This document shows, piece after piece, positions 46,101 through 58,800 of a stretch of 64,000 nt of DNA. The stretch is from positions 1,364,001 to 1,428,000 of the forward strand of contig OZ251232.1 of the NCBI GenBank assembly GCA_965240325.2, given 5' to 3'. The notes beneath the pieces were generated by a model. That model did no database searches. It had not been told where the DNA came from and was given only the letters and a program-made list of their open reading frames with translations. The stretch is from Rebecca billardiae RCC1528. Its lineage: Eukaryota > Protista > Haptophyta. Position 1 is the first letter of the stretch; each line of letters opens with the position of its first letter. The position numbers and the translations under genes were made by a program.

Positions 46101-46695
46101 AATGGTCGGGGCTCGGCTGCGGCAGGCGCGCGCGCAGTCGCCTCTGGAGCTGCGATTCGCGAGGCCGGTGCCTGTCGCGCCCGAGCGCGCCGAGGGCGGC
46201 GCGGGCGCGCCCGCGCCGCTCGGGCGCGACGCGCCCCTCCCGCCGCCGCCGCGTGCCGCCCTCTCCGCCCTGGCCGCGCCGCTGCCGCCGCAGCTGCAGC
46301 TCCTCACACTGCAAGACTTGGCACGCGCCGATGTGCCGCTGCCGACGGGCTCGGCGGCGCGCGCGCGGCCGGCGCCGGCGCAGCTGCTGCTGCGCATCGC
46401 GCACTCGCTCGCGGCGGAGGAGGGCGGCAGCTCGGTCGGGCTCGAGCTGCGCGAGCTGCTGCGCGGGCTGGTCGTGCACGACGTGCAGGAGACGCTCCTC
46501 GGCGCCAATGCGCCCGCCGAGCACGCGCGCGCGACCAGCACGGCCCCCTTCCGCACGGCCGAGCCACTGCCGGCCGCGCCCGTCGCGCCAGTGCGCGGCA
46601 AGCTCAACGACACGCGCGTCGTCATCGCACCCATGGAGATCCGCACGTGGCTCGTCAAGTACTCCCGACGCTCGCAGCCGCACCACTACTGGTGA
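43129..46695 (+). CDS. GH38 lysosomal/vacuolar alpha-mannosidase (MAN2B1-like)
   Basis: Signal peptide. Motifs VHVVPHTHDDVGWLKT, NGGWCMSDEA, WQVDPFGHS, TMGSDF, FWTGYFSSRP, QHHDAVSGT, TDSNGR and ELMVHRRL..DD.RGV.E.LNE. Single long ORF. Confidence 0.95.
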   Translation: MAPRAHARAVACPLFLTLLVALARSQSLPPEHNDPSWIAQRPAPSCTQDATKPWCSRVRSPRASAERAAGGCGAAGPIRGAYNTSHARVPGGRVLNVHVVPHTHDDVGWLKTVDEYYTGANQSIQVAGVQYILDTAIAALRADARRTFMYVETAFFARWWDEQPEGARDAVRELVARGQLTFANGGWCMSDEAAPYYVDMVEQQTAGLRFLARELGVVPRVGWQVDPFGHSAFMGTAYALMGMRAYGFGRIDYQDRAKREALRTLELVSHGSPSLGPQSAVLAAVMRGYGPPPGFNWEWFSGADEPVQDDPTLQGYNVRERVDDFVAAALEQAEHYTHCEDGECDIMFTMGSDFHYGNAHVWFKQLDKLLHHVAADGRVNAFYSSAQAYFGAKADSAHAWTTKADDWFPYCDGTAEYDAPTGRVLDRGGHAFWTGYFSSRPALKRYVRRASALLQACRHLELLVPRAADAADAADADAPSSVRLWLALSVAQHHDAVSGTAKQHVTDDYARRLAAGAAECNALISEALRALVGAEQPDAPRRAHADLAFAECALNETACERTTALPRTRRTVRVVAHNALAQPRSEYARVPVPAGSTVRVRERAAPGSAEPHGPWRDVDVLPAPSALAAERGAGAGAGDGSAAPAVELATLHVREVPPLGLRELELEISPAGPGAPRAAPPAHDAPAAPPLLIESASAAVHFEKTGAGRVRVSRLVSKTHGVSAAFDAWVGYYPAATDAPGGCADGDARCRRGQASGAYIFRPNCTEGPAPPCAPVRLSPEGARAVFVRARGACEEAHLAFGGEAAEGGAWATLVLRVCDGDAALGVHWDVGPIPIADGVGKEVVVRFDTDLESARAVATDSNGRDMLRRTRDARPTWALNMTDPVSSNYYPVTALIALEDARPPRRASPRRHLAVHVDRAQGGGSLADGSVELMVHRRLLVDDNRGVAEALNETQCGCTRCACAGLRVVGEHVLELARARGGAAPDAAPAMVGARLRQARAQSPLELRFARPVPVAPERAEGGAGAPAPLGRDAPLPPPPRAALSALAAPLPPQLQLLTLQDLARADVPLPTGSAARARPAPAQLLLRIAHSLAAEEGGSSVGLELRELLRGLVVHDVQETLLGANAPAEHARATSTAPFRTAEPLPAAPVAPVRGKLNDTRVVIAPMEIRTWLVKYSRRSQPHHYW

Positions 46696-47284
46696 GCTCG
46701 GTCACGCCGAGGTGGCCGCCCGCCGGGCGGCGCGCCGGCGCCATTTGGCATTTCCGCCGGAAGGCGCTGCCGGCACTTCCTCCACAGTGCTCAGCACCGC
46801 GCCCGCGGACTGCGGAACGCAGTTGCGCGTAATGATGTAGCGAGACGCCGATATCAGATTACAGATATATTTATAATTATAATATATTATAATATATAGT
46901 AATATATATATATTCATCAGATCGTCGACGTCGTCCGATCATCGTCGTCATTCGGGCAGTATTGGCACGCCGCACGGTTCCCGGCCGCCGACGCCGCCAT
47001 ATATATATATATACTAATATATATATAATAAATAATACTCGTCATGCCATGCTGCGTCGTAGTCACTGTCAGCAGCACGCCAGCAGTTGTAAATAATAAA
47101 TCAGCAGCATGATGGGCATTCAATGCCTTCATGCGCGCTGGCGTGCGCAGTGATGAGGACCCTATGCGCACACCAATCGTCGTCCACATGCCATAGGCAT
47201 AAGCAATAAAGCGCATGTCCATATATCATCATATTCAGCATGATACGATAATACCGCGATGCGGATGATGAGTGCACCAGCGGC

Positions 47285-48717
47285 CTAGCCATCCATGCCG
47301 CGCCAGATCCAGCACACCACGCTCTCGCCCCGAACGAGTCGTCGCACCCGCGCAAAGCGCTTGTCCAACTCGACGCCCCCCTCGATCTCGTCCCAGAGGG
47401 TGCCGACGTTGCGCACGCACCCAAGCTTGCGCGGAGTGAGCAGCTCGCGGATGTCCTTGGCCGGCACCTCAGCCATCATGTACTGTGACTTGCGGAGGAA
47501 GTACCGCTCAAGCTCAGCGAGCACACTGCGCCAGGCGGCGGCGCACACGCGCGAGCACAGTGAGATGATGTTGCGCGCGCGGGCACAATGGCGTTCGCAC
47601 CATGGGGCGCCCGGCCGATGCGCGGCGCGCACCGTTGCGTCATCGAGCGCACAAAGGCTCGCTCTGCCTGCCTCGCACGGCGTCGTGCGCGCAGCTTGGC
47701 GTATGCGTACACAACCGTCGCGCCGACGGCGAGGGCCCGCGAGCCGCTCGGGTGCATGTACATGGCGACGAGCGCGTGGCTCATGCACGAGCACGCGAGC
47801 GCCAGCAGGACGCGCGAGCCGAGCACCAGCCAGGAGGCGAGCGACACGAGCACGCTGGTCACGCGCATGCAGACGTGCGCAGCTGTCCGTGCGCGCGAGA
47901 GGAGCTTCTCGAGGTGTTCGCCACCGACACCCACCGGCGGGTCGGACGGCGCGTTGGTGCCGGTGGGCGGCTCCATCGCGAGCGGGCGGCGCGGTGGCGG
48001 TGGCGGGTTGGTGGTGCTCTGCGCCGCGGCGGGCTCATCAGGCGGCGGGCCCGACGGCGGTGCCTGTGTGAGCAGGCCATCGTCGAGCACGCGCGCAGCC
48101 TTGAGGTGCTGCTCGCTTGGGATCGAGACCATCGCGGGCGTGGCCGTCGGCACCCACCACAGCGCGGCGCACACAGCTGCGAGGGTGAACACGAGCTCGA
48201 CGGAGCAGAACCCACGCATGCGCGCGCCGGGCCGCGCTGCGAGCTGCGAGCGGAGTGGCGTAGAGGGGGCCGTTGGGCGCGTGTGCGCATCATCCGAGAA
48301 GTCGTTCACGGGCGAGGCGCTCCGACGCTTGGTCGGTGGCGTTGGGACGCGCCTCGCGGCGCCAGAGCCGCTGTCGCGGGCGTGAGAAGCCGCGCTCTCC
48401 TCGATGAGCGGCGGCTTCGACGCCTGCTGCTGCACGTGCAGGAGCTGCGTGGCCGGCTGGAGCTGCGATGCCTGCACAGACAGAGGCACGGGCTTGGACC
48501 CCAGCGCGAGCGCGCGCGCCTCGAGCTCGTCGAGCTTGCTGGCGTACAAGGACGAGACGCGACGCGACGGCGCAGGCCGCGCGCCATCGCCGCCGATGTG
48601 AAGCTTGTACATGCGCTGGTAGTCGGGCAGCTTGAGATCTGCGCTCGGCAGCGGAACACCTGCTTTCACCAGCGCCTTCTTGAGCGCCTCCTTCGTGCGA
48701 GGCGTCGTGCTACTCAT
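47285..48717 (-). CDS. Inner nuclear membrane protein: LEM-like/HeH N-domain, TM segments, MSC-like C-terminus (Man1/Src1/Heh-like)
   Basis: TKEALKKALVKAGVPLPSADLKLPDYQRMYKLHI resembles the LAP2 LEM-like domain. TM segments are present. After intron 47526-47632 the C-terminus LWDEIEGGVELDKRF...RGESVVCWIW resembles the end of the MSC winged helix. Confidence 0.7.
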
Positions 48718-48985
48718 CGGAGTGCGGGGTGCCGAGGGTGATCGAGGCGGCGGTGCGTGGGGCGCGGAGGCCGAGGCGACTTCGCACAGGCGCGGTGCGT
48801 TTCGACTTCGGCCTTGGTTCCGGACGCCCCGGACTCGTCAGCAGCTGGCGGTGCCTGGCTTGCGCGCGCGATCCGGCCGATCGATCTCCCGAGCGGTGAT
48901 CAGGCACGTGCGTCCTCACGAAAGGACGGTGGCTGGGGGTTCATCACGGTGATCCTCGCTTAGGCCTGGGGTGTGGGCGACCAGC

Positions 48986-50519
48986 ATGAGCTCGAGGACA
49001 GCAGCGAGTGGGCGCGTGGCGGGCGGCGCGCTCGCGCTTTTGGGCGCGCTCGCGCTCGACAGCGCAGCCGCCTTCCGCTCGGAGGCCGCGAGCGCCTTCC
49101 TGCAGCGTGGCCTGCCGGCACGCTCGCCGGCGGCGCTGCGCATGGTCGCCGTGGCAGACGCGGTGCGTGCAGACACGGTGGAGAGCCTGGTGGACATGCC
49201 GAACAAGGTGCCCAACCCCATGTTCAACAAGGCGAAGCTCAAGATGCCGCTTAACGGCATCGAGCCCGTCGGTGAGGGCAACGCTGACGAGGATCCGGAG
49301 ATCCTGCCTGTGATTGAGTATGACGAGCCCATGTTCTCGTACCAGGAGTTTGAGAGCTCGATCGGCGGGTACAGCAAGCGCGTGAGCAAGGGGGATAACT
49401 GCACCGGCAAGGTGATCCTCTTCCAGCCGTCGGGCGCCCTCGTCGACATTGGCACGAAGGCGTCCGCGCTGCTGCCGCAGTCGGAGGCCAGCCTTGTGCA
49501 GGTCGACGACCTCTCGACCCTCTTCGAGCTTGGCCAGTCGTACAAGTTCCAGGTGATCACGAGCGAGGACGAGAACGGGCAGCTGCAGCTGTCGCGTAAG
49601 CGCCTGCTGTACGCCGAGGCGTGGCAGAAGATCACCGAGATGCACGCCGCCGACGCCGAGTTCGAGGCGGAGGTCTTCTCGGTGAACCGCGGCGGCGCCA
49701 TCGTCCTCGTCGAGGGCCTGCGCGCCTTCCTGCCCGGCAGCCACCTCGCCGGCCGCACGGCCACGGACGAGATGGTCGGCGAGAAGATCAAGTGCAAGTT
49801 CCTCGACGTCGACCACGAGAACTCCCGCGTGGTGGTGTCCAACAGGCGCGCCATCGTCGACAAGGAGATGAAGGCACGCGCGCGCGCTCTGCGCACGTGT
49901 GCGTGCGCGCGTGCTGCGGGGCACGACCGTCGCTCACGCGCGCACGCCCCCCTTGCCGCGCCCCCACCCACGTCCGGCAGGATATCTCGGTTGGGCAGGT
50001 GGTCGAGGGCGACGTGACGGCCATCAAGCCGTACGGCGTCTTCGTCTCGATGAACGGCGTCGCGGGCCTGCTCCACATCTCGCAGATCTCGTCGGACCGC
50101 GTGTACGACCTCGAGAAGGTTCTCCCGCTCGGCACGCGCCTCAAGTGCATGGTTGTCTCGCAGGATGTGTCCAAGGGGCGGCTGGCGCTCTCGACCAAGA
50201 CGCTCGAGTCGAAGCCTGGGGAGATGCTCAAGGACCGGCAGGCTGTCTTCGACAACGCCGACCAGACGGCGGCCGCGTACCAGGTGAGCGGCCCGTGCGA
50301 GTCGCACCAGCTGCCCCGCGTCAGCCCCTGCCCCAGCGCGCGCGCTCATGGGCGCTCCCTCGCGCGTGCGCGCACGCGTGCTCGTGCTCCGCCTGCGCGC
50401 AGGAGCGCGTGGAGCGCGAGCGCAAGGAGCGCGAGGCGGCTGCACAGGACGTCATCCTTGGCCTCGAGACGGCGCTCTCGGGATCTGCTGCTGAGCGGGC
50501 AGAGGGTTCCAACGAGTAA
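48986..50519 (+). CDS. rps1: Nucleus-encoded plastid 30S ribosomal protein S1 with bipartite targeting presequence
   Basis: Signal peptide plus AAAF/ASAF motif and a transit peptide. Cyanobacterial-type S1 repeats GALVDIGTK, NRGGAIVLVEGLRAFLPGSH, IKPYGVFV, GLLHISQIS and LSTKTLE.KPGEML. Introns 49874-49980 (GC-AG) and 50284-50402. Confidence 0.9.
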
Positions 50520-50937
50520 GCTGCACCGGACCGCTCTGCGAGCCCAGCGCTTGGGGTCGCCCTGCCTCTCACGGGCTCGATGGCGTTCGAGTCGCAGCGC
50601 GTGCCGTGTGACTCGCCGTCGAGCTCCAGACGCGAATTGCGAGAAACCAGGGGGGGCTGAGCGGCCGGCCGTCTCAGACGCGGGCTCTGCCAATGCCGAG
50701 GTCACCCGCCGTGCTGCTGGTATCCGAGCATGCTCGCGCAGCTACGAGCAGAAGGCTCGGCCTTGGTCTGGGATCGGATCAGACTCAAATCCGCCGGGTC
50801 GGGCGGGTGGCGCGGGTGCCACGAACTCCCGGACGGTGCCTTCGGAACGTCGCGTCATCATCGGAAATGGCCGCGGGCGTTCGTCGTTGCGACGGTGAGC
50901 GTCGTCGCGTCTCCCGATGTTTGTTATTCTTTCGTCG

Positions 50938-51130
<193 letters not shown>

Positions 51131-53816
51131 ATATATCAGTATTTTTAAAATGCATGAGCGCGCATGATGTCGATAATAAATCGGTTATTGTCGATGACAT
51201 CAATGTGATGAATAATAGATTAGTTACACGCGTTATAATTCAAATAGCAGTATGCTGATGCCCATGCAAATGCAATTATGGCGCACGCCCCCCCCGAAAG
51301 GCCTGAGCAGTAGACAGTAGTGAGCCGACTGAAGCCGGGGGGGCGGCGCACGTGCTCCGCAAAATAAAAAAGGAGGATGCGCGCAGGATTTTGGGGATTT
51401 TTGTAGGTGGATTTAGGTGTGAACAGCGCATAGAGACCCGATATCGAGCGTTGCCAATGATTGCGTTTGTACTGCCCCTTAAATTTAAGATAGTAACACT
51501 AACACTTAGGGGACTATTGCAGGGTGGAATCGAGCACATACTGTCACCAGCCGTGTGTTCGAACATTCTCATAGTAAGATGCCTGAATTGTAAGAGCCTG
51601 AAACTGCTGAAACAGCTCTCACGGGGGCGGATATCATCAGGTTAAGGCTCCCCTTGTTAAGCCCCTTGATTACCCTTGATTCATACACGCCACACGGGTA
51701 ATATCTCTTAAAGCCGGGTGGCCCGCGAAGTAAAGTATTATATAGCACGATGTTGTAGGGACTACCAAAGGCGTACACCTCCTGTCGGTGCCGAGCTCAC
51801 AAGAGTGGTCCGGGAGGAGAGTGTAGCTTGGTGTCGTGGGCCCCCTGGCCCTGCCCGAGCTCGGCGCCTTGTGTCGGGACGCCCCCGTACCTACTACCTT
51901 GCCTTGGGCCGAGCCGCAATGATCGAAACAAGAATCGCCGAGCAAGTCCTGCTGCCTGCAGCCCGTGCAGGCGGTGCCCGGTGCCGACCGGAGTTTAGGC
52001 TGCCGAAAAGGTTACTAAAGAGTGAAGGGGTCCCCGTCCCGGACCAGGTCCAGGAAGCCTGCGCGCGCTGGGCGGCGGGCGCCCCAGCCGTCGGACGGCT
52101 GGTTGATGATGGCCAAGCGAGCCGGATCTTGGTGTCGCCCTTAGACATGCTCATCAGTTATTGTGCCAATAACGCCACATAATATATATATATATTCAAT
52201 ATATATATCAATTTTAAAGCGTGTAATTACTAATTATATTTGGCCTAGCTGTTTTATTTCTACGAGAGCCCAACGGCGACATTCGCCAAAACGCGGTAAA
52301 ATGGCGGCTTGCCCGCTGGTTGGTGGTGGGTGCCGGCGCGATTGCGGAGTAGGGATGGCACGTCGTTGGCGCATGTTCGTACTAGGGCGCTGAGCTGTAG
52401 CGAAAGGTGTTGCCAAGGCATGCTGCTTAGCCTTGCCATGGTGCTTCGCCATGACACAGAGGTCACTCGCAGCGCACGGCGGTGTGACGATCGCCGCGCC
52501 GCGGCGGCAAACCGCAGTTGCGGGCGCGCTGCGAGCTGCAAGCACTCTGCCTTGGCTGCGTCGCGCCCGTGTCAGTTGTTGAACCAGGATTGTTGAACAA
52601 CCGATGGGCTGCAAACGATACCAGCTACACTCGCTCCGCCGCCACTTCCTTGTCGAGCGTGAGATGCTTCCGTTGCGTGCGCTCGCATGCAGCTTGCCGC
52701 CTGCATTTGAACGTGGTCACGGCAGGTTGGTGGGCTGGTTGCTCAGGCCTCCTCGGCGTAGATGACGACAGGGTGCGTGCCACGCGCACCCATGACGCGG
52801 GAAAGGCGTGCACACGCGTCCTCGCGCATCTGGCAGGCTGCAGTCTTGGCCAAGATGATGCCAGAACAAGCCTGCCAGTGCCTCGCCGCGCGGGCGCGAG
52901 CGCGCAGAGAGATCTGGCTTCTGACCCGTGCTCTTCAGTGTACCTCGTGTGCGACGACGACGAGGCGGACGAGCGCCGCAACTGGATTCCTGCACTCACC
53001 GGTCACCGAGGAGTGCAGGAATCGCATTCCTCGCGCACGCCGGCCATCGGCCGTAAGAGGTACACTGAACGGGGCGTGACACCGATTCCCGCTGGCGGGC
53101 ACGGGTTTGTCGCCGTGACATACATAGTAAATGGAATCTGGTAGTAGAAATAAAACAGGCCATTTATCGGCTCGTCATGATGATGCAGCACATGTGGACT
53201 GCCCAGGGGCCAGGGCTGCATGGATGGCGCACTGTCCGACCTGGTCGGATGGCGCGGACACCTATGTGTCTGTCGCACTCAGCCTGACTCGGCTGCATGC
53301 CGTCGGACGGCCACGGGCAGCCGTGGCGCCGCGATGACGGCCTCGGCGGCCCGATGCCGACGTGCGTCGTCAATCGTCACATCGACATCACCATCTGGTC
53401 CGTGATCAAGGTCACCAATCCCGCGTCCGCACGACGCCAGGACAGACCACCTCGTATGTCGTGGTGCGCTCGCGGCCCGGCGGCTGCGCCGAAGCGGACC
53501 AAACACGGGCAGGCCCTGCCTGACTGCGAGCCCCGCCCGGGGCCAGGGCTGGGCACACACGCGCTCTGCAACGAGGTCGACGGCTGCGCGCGCACCCTCC
53601 TACCCGCCTCCGGGCGTGGCTGCAACTGTGGTGAGCTGCCACCGACGGGATGCGCCTCCGTCGATGCATGACGATGTCGAGGAACAATGTGGGCCGCGCC
53701 CGGCTGCCGAGCAGCGGCGCGCGTCTCCCGGCACCCGCGCTCGTAGCAGGGTGCGCTGCGCAGGCCAGCGGCGTGACGCGAGCCACGCTCCGCACACCGC
53801 AGCCATCGGATGCCGC

Positions 53817-55346
<1,530 letters not shown>

Positions 55347-55817
55347 CGCGCCAGCTTGCGGGGCGGCGGCGGGACGCCACGAGGGGCGCAGGAGGAGCAG
55401 GCCACTACCAAGGGGCGGTGGCGCTCTGCCGCGACCGAGGCCGAGAAAACCGTGCCCGGACTCGCTTCATCCGGACCGCGGAACGTTTTTCGGTCTTATT
55501 CACCGAAATAACTCCAAAGCCGCAACGGTCATCTCGGCTCGTTGACGCTGACTTCCCGGAGTGGGACTGCGCCGCCGAGGGCCGTGGACTGGCGGCGGCG
55601 GGCGGTCCGCCAGGCGACGGGGCCGCGCTAGATCGATCTTTCAGAGACAGTCAGTGAGACTGAGAAGTGAGAGCTTGCTTAGCCGATTCAGGCCGTTGCA
55701 CCGCCACCGGCCGTCCGGCGTACCCGGTAAGTCGTAAGTGACGTAACCGCCGGCAAACTGCAGAGTGCCGCAGTGAAACTGAAAGACGACCGGCCGGGGA
55801 GTTTGAGTGGCGTAGTC

Positions 55818-58800
55818 TTACGCCTTTTGGCTATGCGGCGTGCCGCCAGGGCCGCTGCTGTCGCCCACCCGCCCGTCAGCGCCCCACGCGGCGGCGAGCG
55901 AGAGCCCAAACTCGGCCTCGCCGCCCCGACCGCGCGATTGCAGCGGCTCACGCATCGAGGGCAGGCGGCGCAGGCCGCCCGGCGGCCACCACGAACCGCG
56001 CGCGGGAGCGCCCTGCGCGCCGCGCGCGCCAGCGCGCCTGCGGGCGCCCTTCGCGCCCCACACGCCGGGCGCGAGCGCGGTCGTGCCCACGCCGAGCACG
56101 AGGAGGAGCGAGCCCAGGTCGACGAGCACGGCCATGTACAGCCGCAGCGCGCCCGCGAGCGTGAGCGCCGCGGCGACGATCTTGACGCCGATGGCGAGGG
56201 CAATGTTGGCGCGCACGAGCGCGCGCGTGCGGCGCGCGAGCCGCACCGCCTGCGGCAGCCGCTCGAGGCGCTCGTCGAGCAGCACGACGTGCGCGGAGCG
56301 GCTGGCGAGCGCGGTGCCGGACGCGCCCATCGCGACGCCGACGGTTGCGAGCGCGAGCGCGGGCGCGTCGTTGATCCCGTCGCCGAGCATGGCGACGCCG
56401 CCGCGCGTCTCGGCAACGGCCTTGGCCACCCACGCCGCCTTGTCTGCTGGCAGCATTGCCGAGTGGCAGCCGTCGAGGCCGAGGCGCGCGGCGAGCGGCG
56501 CGGCGGAGGCGGCGCTCGCGCCCGTGAGCATCGTGGTGGGCACGCCCGCCGCGCGCAGCGTGCCGATCGCCTCCGCCGCGCCCGGCCGCACCGCGTCGTT
56601 GAGCGCGAGGCCGAGCTCGAGCGCGCCGTCGACGACGACGCCGAGCACCGCGTCGTCTGCGTGTCGCGCGCTGAAGTCTGAAAACCACGACTTGGCGTGC
56701 GGCGGGCAGCCCGCCCAGTCGAGCGCGCGCGCGTTGCCGACGACGACGCGGGCCGTCGCGGCCGGCTGCGGCTGCGCGCCCTCCACGCCCGCCGCCGCCA
56801 GCTCGACGTCCGCCTGCACGCCCACGCCCTCGATCGAGCGAAACCTTTCGGCGCGCGGCAGCGCGCGGCCTGATTCGGCGGCCTCGCCCGCGCAGCCCAC
56901 TGCCTCGGCAACGATGGCGGCCGAGAGGGGGTGCGCGGAGCGCGCCTCGACCGAGGCGGCGAGCGTGAGCGCGCGCTTGCCCGCGGCCTCCGCGCTCTCG
57001 GCCGCGCCGCCGGCTGCCTCGGCCGCCCCGGCAACGGGCGGGCGCTCGGTGGCGACGACGGCGAAGTGACCCGTAGTCAGAGTCCCCGTTTTGTCGACGG
57101 CGAGCGCGCGCACCGAGGCCAGGCGCTCCAGAGCCTCCGCGCTCTTGAAGAGCACGCCGTGGCCCGCCGCGCTCGCGATGGCCGCCATCGTGGGCACGGG
57201 CGTGGCGAACACCAGCGCGCACGGGCACGCGAGGAGCAGCAGCGTCAGCGTGGCGCGCGCGTTGGCCCCGATCGGCGCGCCGCCGACGATCGTCGGCGCG
57301 AGCGCGACGCCCAACGCCGCGACCAGGACGGCAGGGGTCCACCACGCGGCGAAGGTGTCGACGGCCGCCTGCGTGGGCGAGCGCTGCGCCTGCGCCTCGG
57401 TGACGAGGCGCTCGATCTGCGCGAGCCCCGAGCCGGACGCGGGCGCGTCGAGCCGCACCTCCGCGTACCCGGTGAGCACGAGCGAGCCGGACAGGAGCGA
57501 ATCTCCCGGACTCTTGCGCACTGGTTGGTGTTCGCCCGTCACCGCCGCCTCGGATACGACCGCCACGCCGCGGACGACGCGGCCGTCGACGGGCAGCTGC
57601 TCGCCCGCGCGCACGGCGATCTCGTCGCCCGCGCGCAGCTCGGAGAGCGGCACGGCGGCGGAGGTGGACGCGAGCGTGGCGAGCACGGGCGAGGAGAGCT
57701 GCGAGGCCACGCGCAGCCTGCGCTCGACGCGCGCCATCACCGCGCGCTCAACGAGCTGAGCGCTCGCGTACAGCGTGACGAGGAGCGCCGCGTCCGTGGC
57801 CTCGCCGAGCAGCACGGCGCCGACGACCGCGACGAGCATGAGCGCGCGCATGTCCAGGCGCGGCGCGCGCGAGAGCGTGCCGGCGCGCACGATGGCCGTG
57901 AGCAGCGGCATCGTGCCGAGCGCTGCGCAGCTCACTAGCACGGCACGCGAGGCGGCCGCGCCCGCCGCCGCCTCGCACGCGACGCCTGCCGCGAGCAGCA
58001 GCCACAGCAGCGCGGCGTGCGCGACGGGCGCGCGCGCGGCCAGCGCCTCGCGGGGCGATCGCGCCGAGCCGCCCGCCTCGTCCTCGGCGCCGCCGTGCGC
58101 GCCGAGCGCCAGGCTCGCGCCGAGCTGCGCGTCGTTGAGCGTGCTTACGATCCGCTCAGGCCCGAGGCAGCACTCTGCGACGCAGTGCGACACGAAGACC
58201 ATCTTGGAGACGGCGTTGACGTCGACGGCCTCGACCGAGCGCAGCGGCTTGAGCAGCCGCTCGATCAGCCGCACCTCCGCCTCGCAGCAGATGTTGCGCA
58301 CGCGCAGCGAGGTGCGCGTGATCTCGTGCGGCATCGCTCCGGGCTCCTCTGTACACGCAGAGCACTTGCGCGGCGTCGCGTCCGCCTCCGCACCTGGGTC
58401 CACGTCCACGACCACGTGCGTGGGGGCCGGGTGCGACGTGGGCGCTCCCGGCGGCAGCGGCGAGGGCGCCACTGCCGCGCCCGTGCTCGCGACGGCGCGC
58501 CGCGCCTCGGCCTGCACGCCCTCTGCGCGGTGCTGGTGCGACGCCGCGCGATCCTCTGCGTCGATGCGCGCGCCGTCGATGCCGCCGCCCGCCGCCGCGC
58601 CCTTGCCGGCACAGCAGCCCTCCGCACAGCCGCCGTCAGCGCCCTCCGGCGCGCCGCGCGCGGGCACGCGTTGGTCGTCGCACTCCCCGCAGCTCCCGCA
58701 CTCGCTGCGCTCGCAGCACCCGCCCGCCCGCTCGGCCGGCTCGGCGGGCAGAGGGTGTTTCGCCTCGAGCGTGCAGCAGCCCTCCTGGCAGCCGCCCGCG

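Noticed and set aside
55471-55490. GGACCGCGGAACG matching part of the element's 3' hairpin
   Set aside because: It lacks the second hairpin arm and the subTIR, and may be chance in GC-rich DNA.
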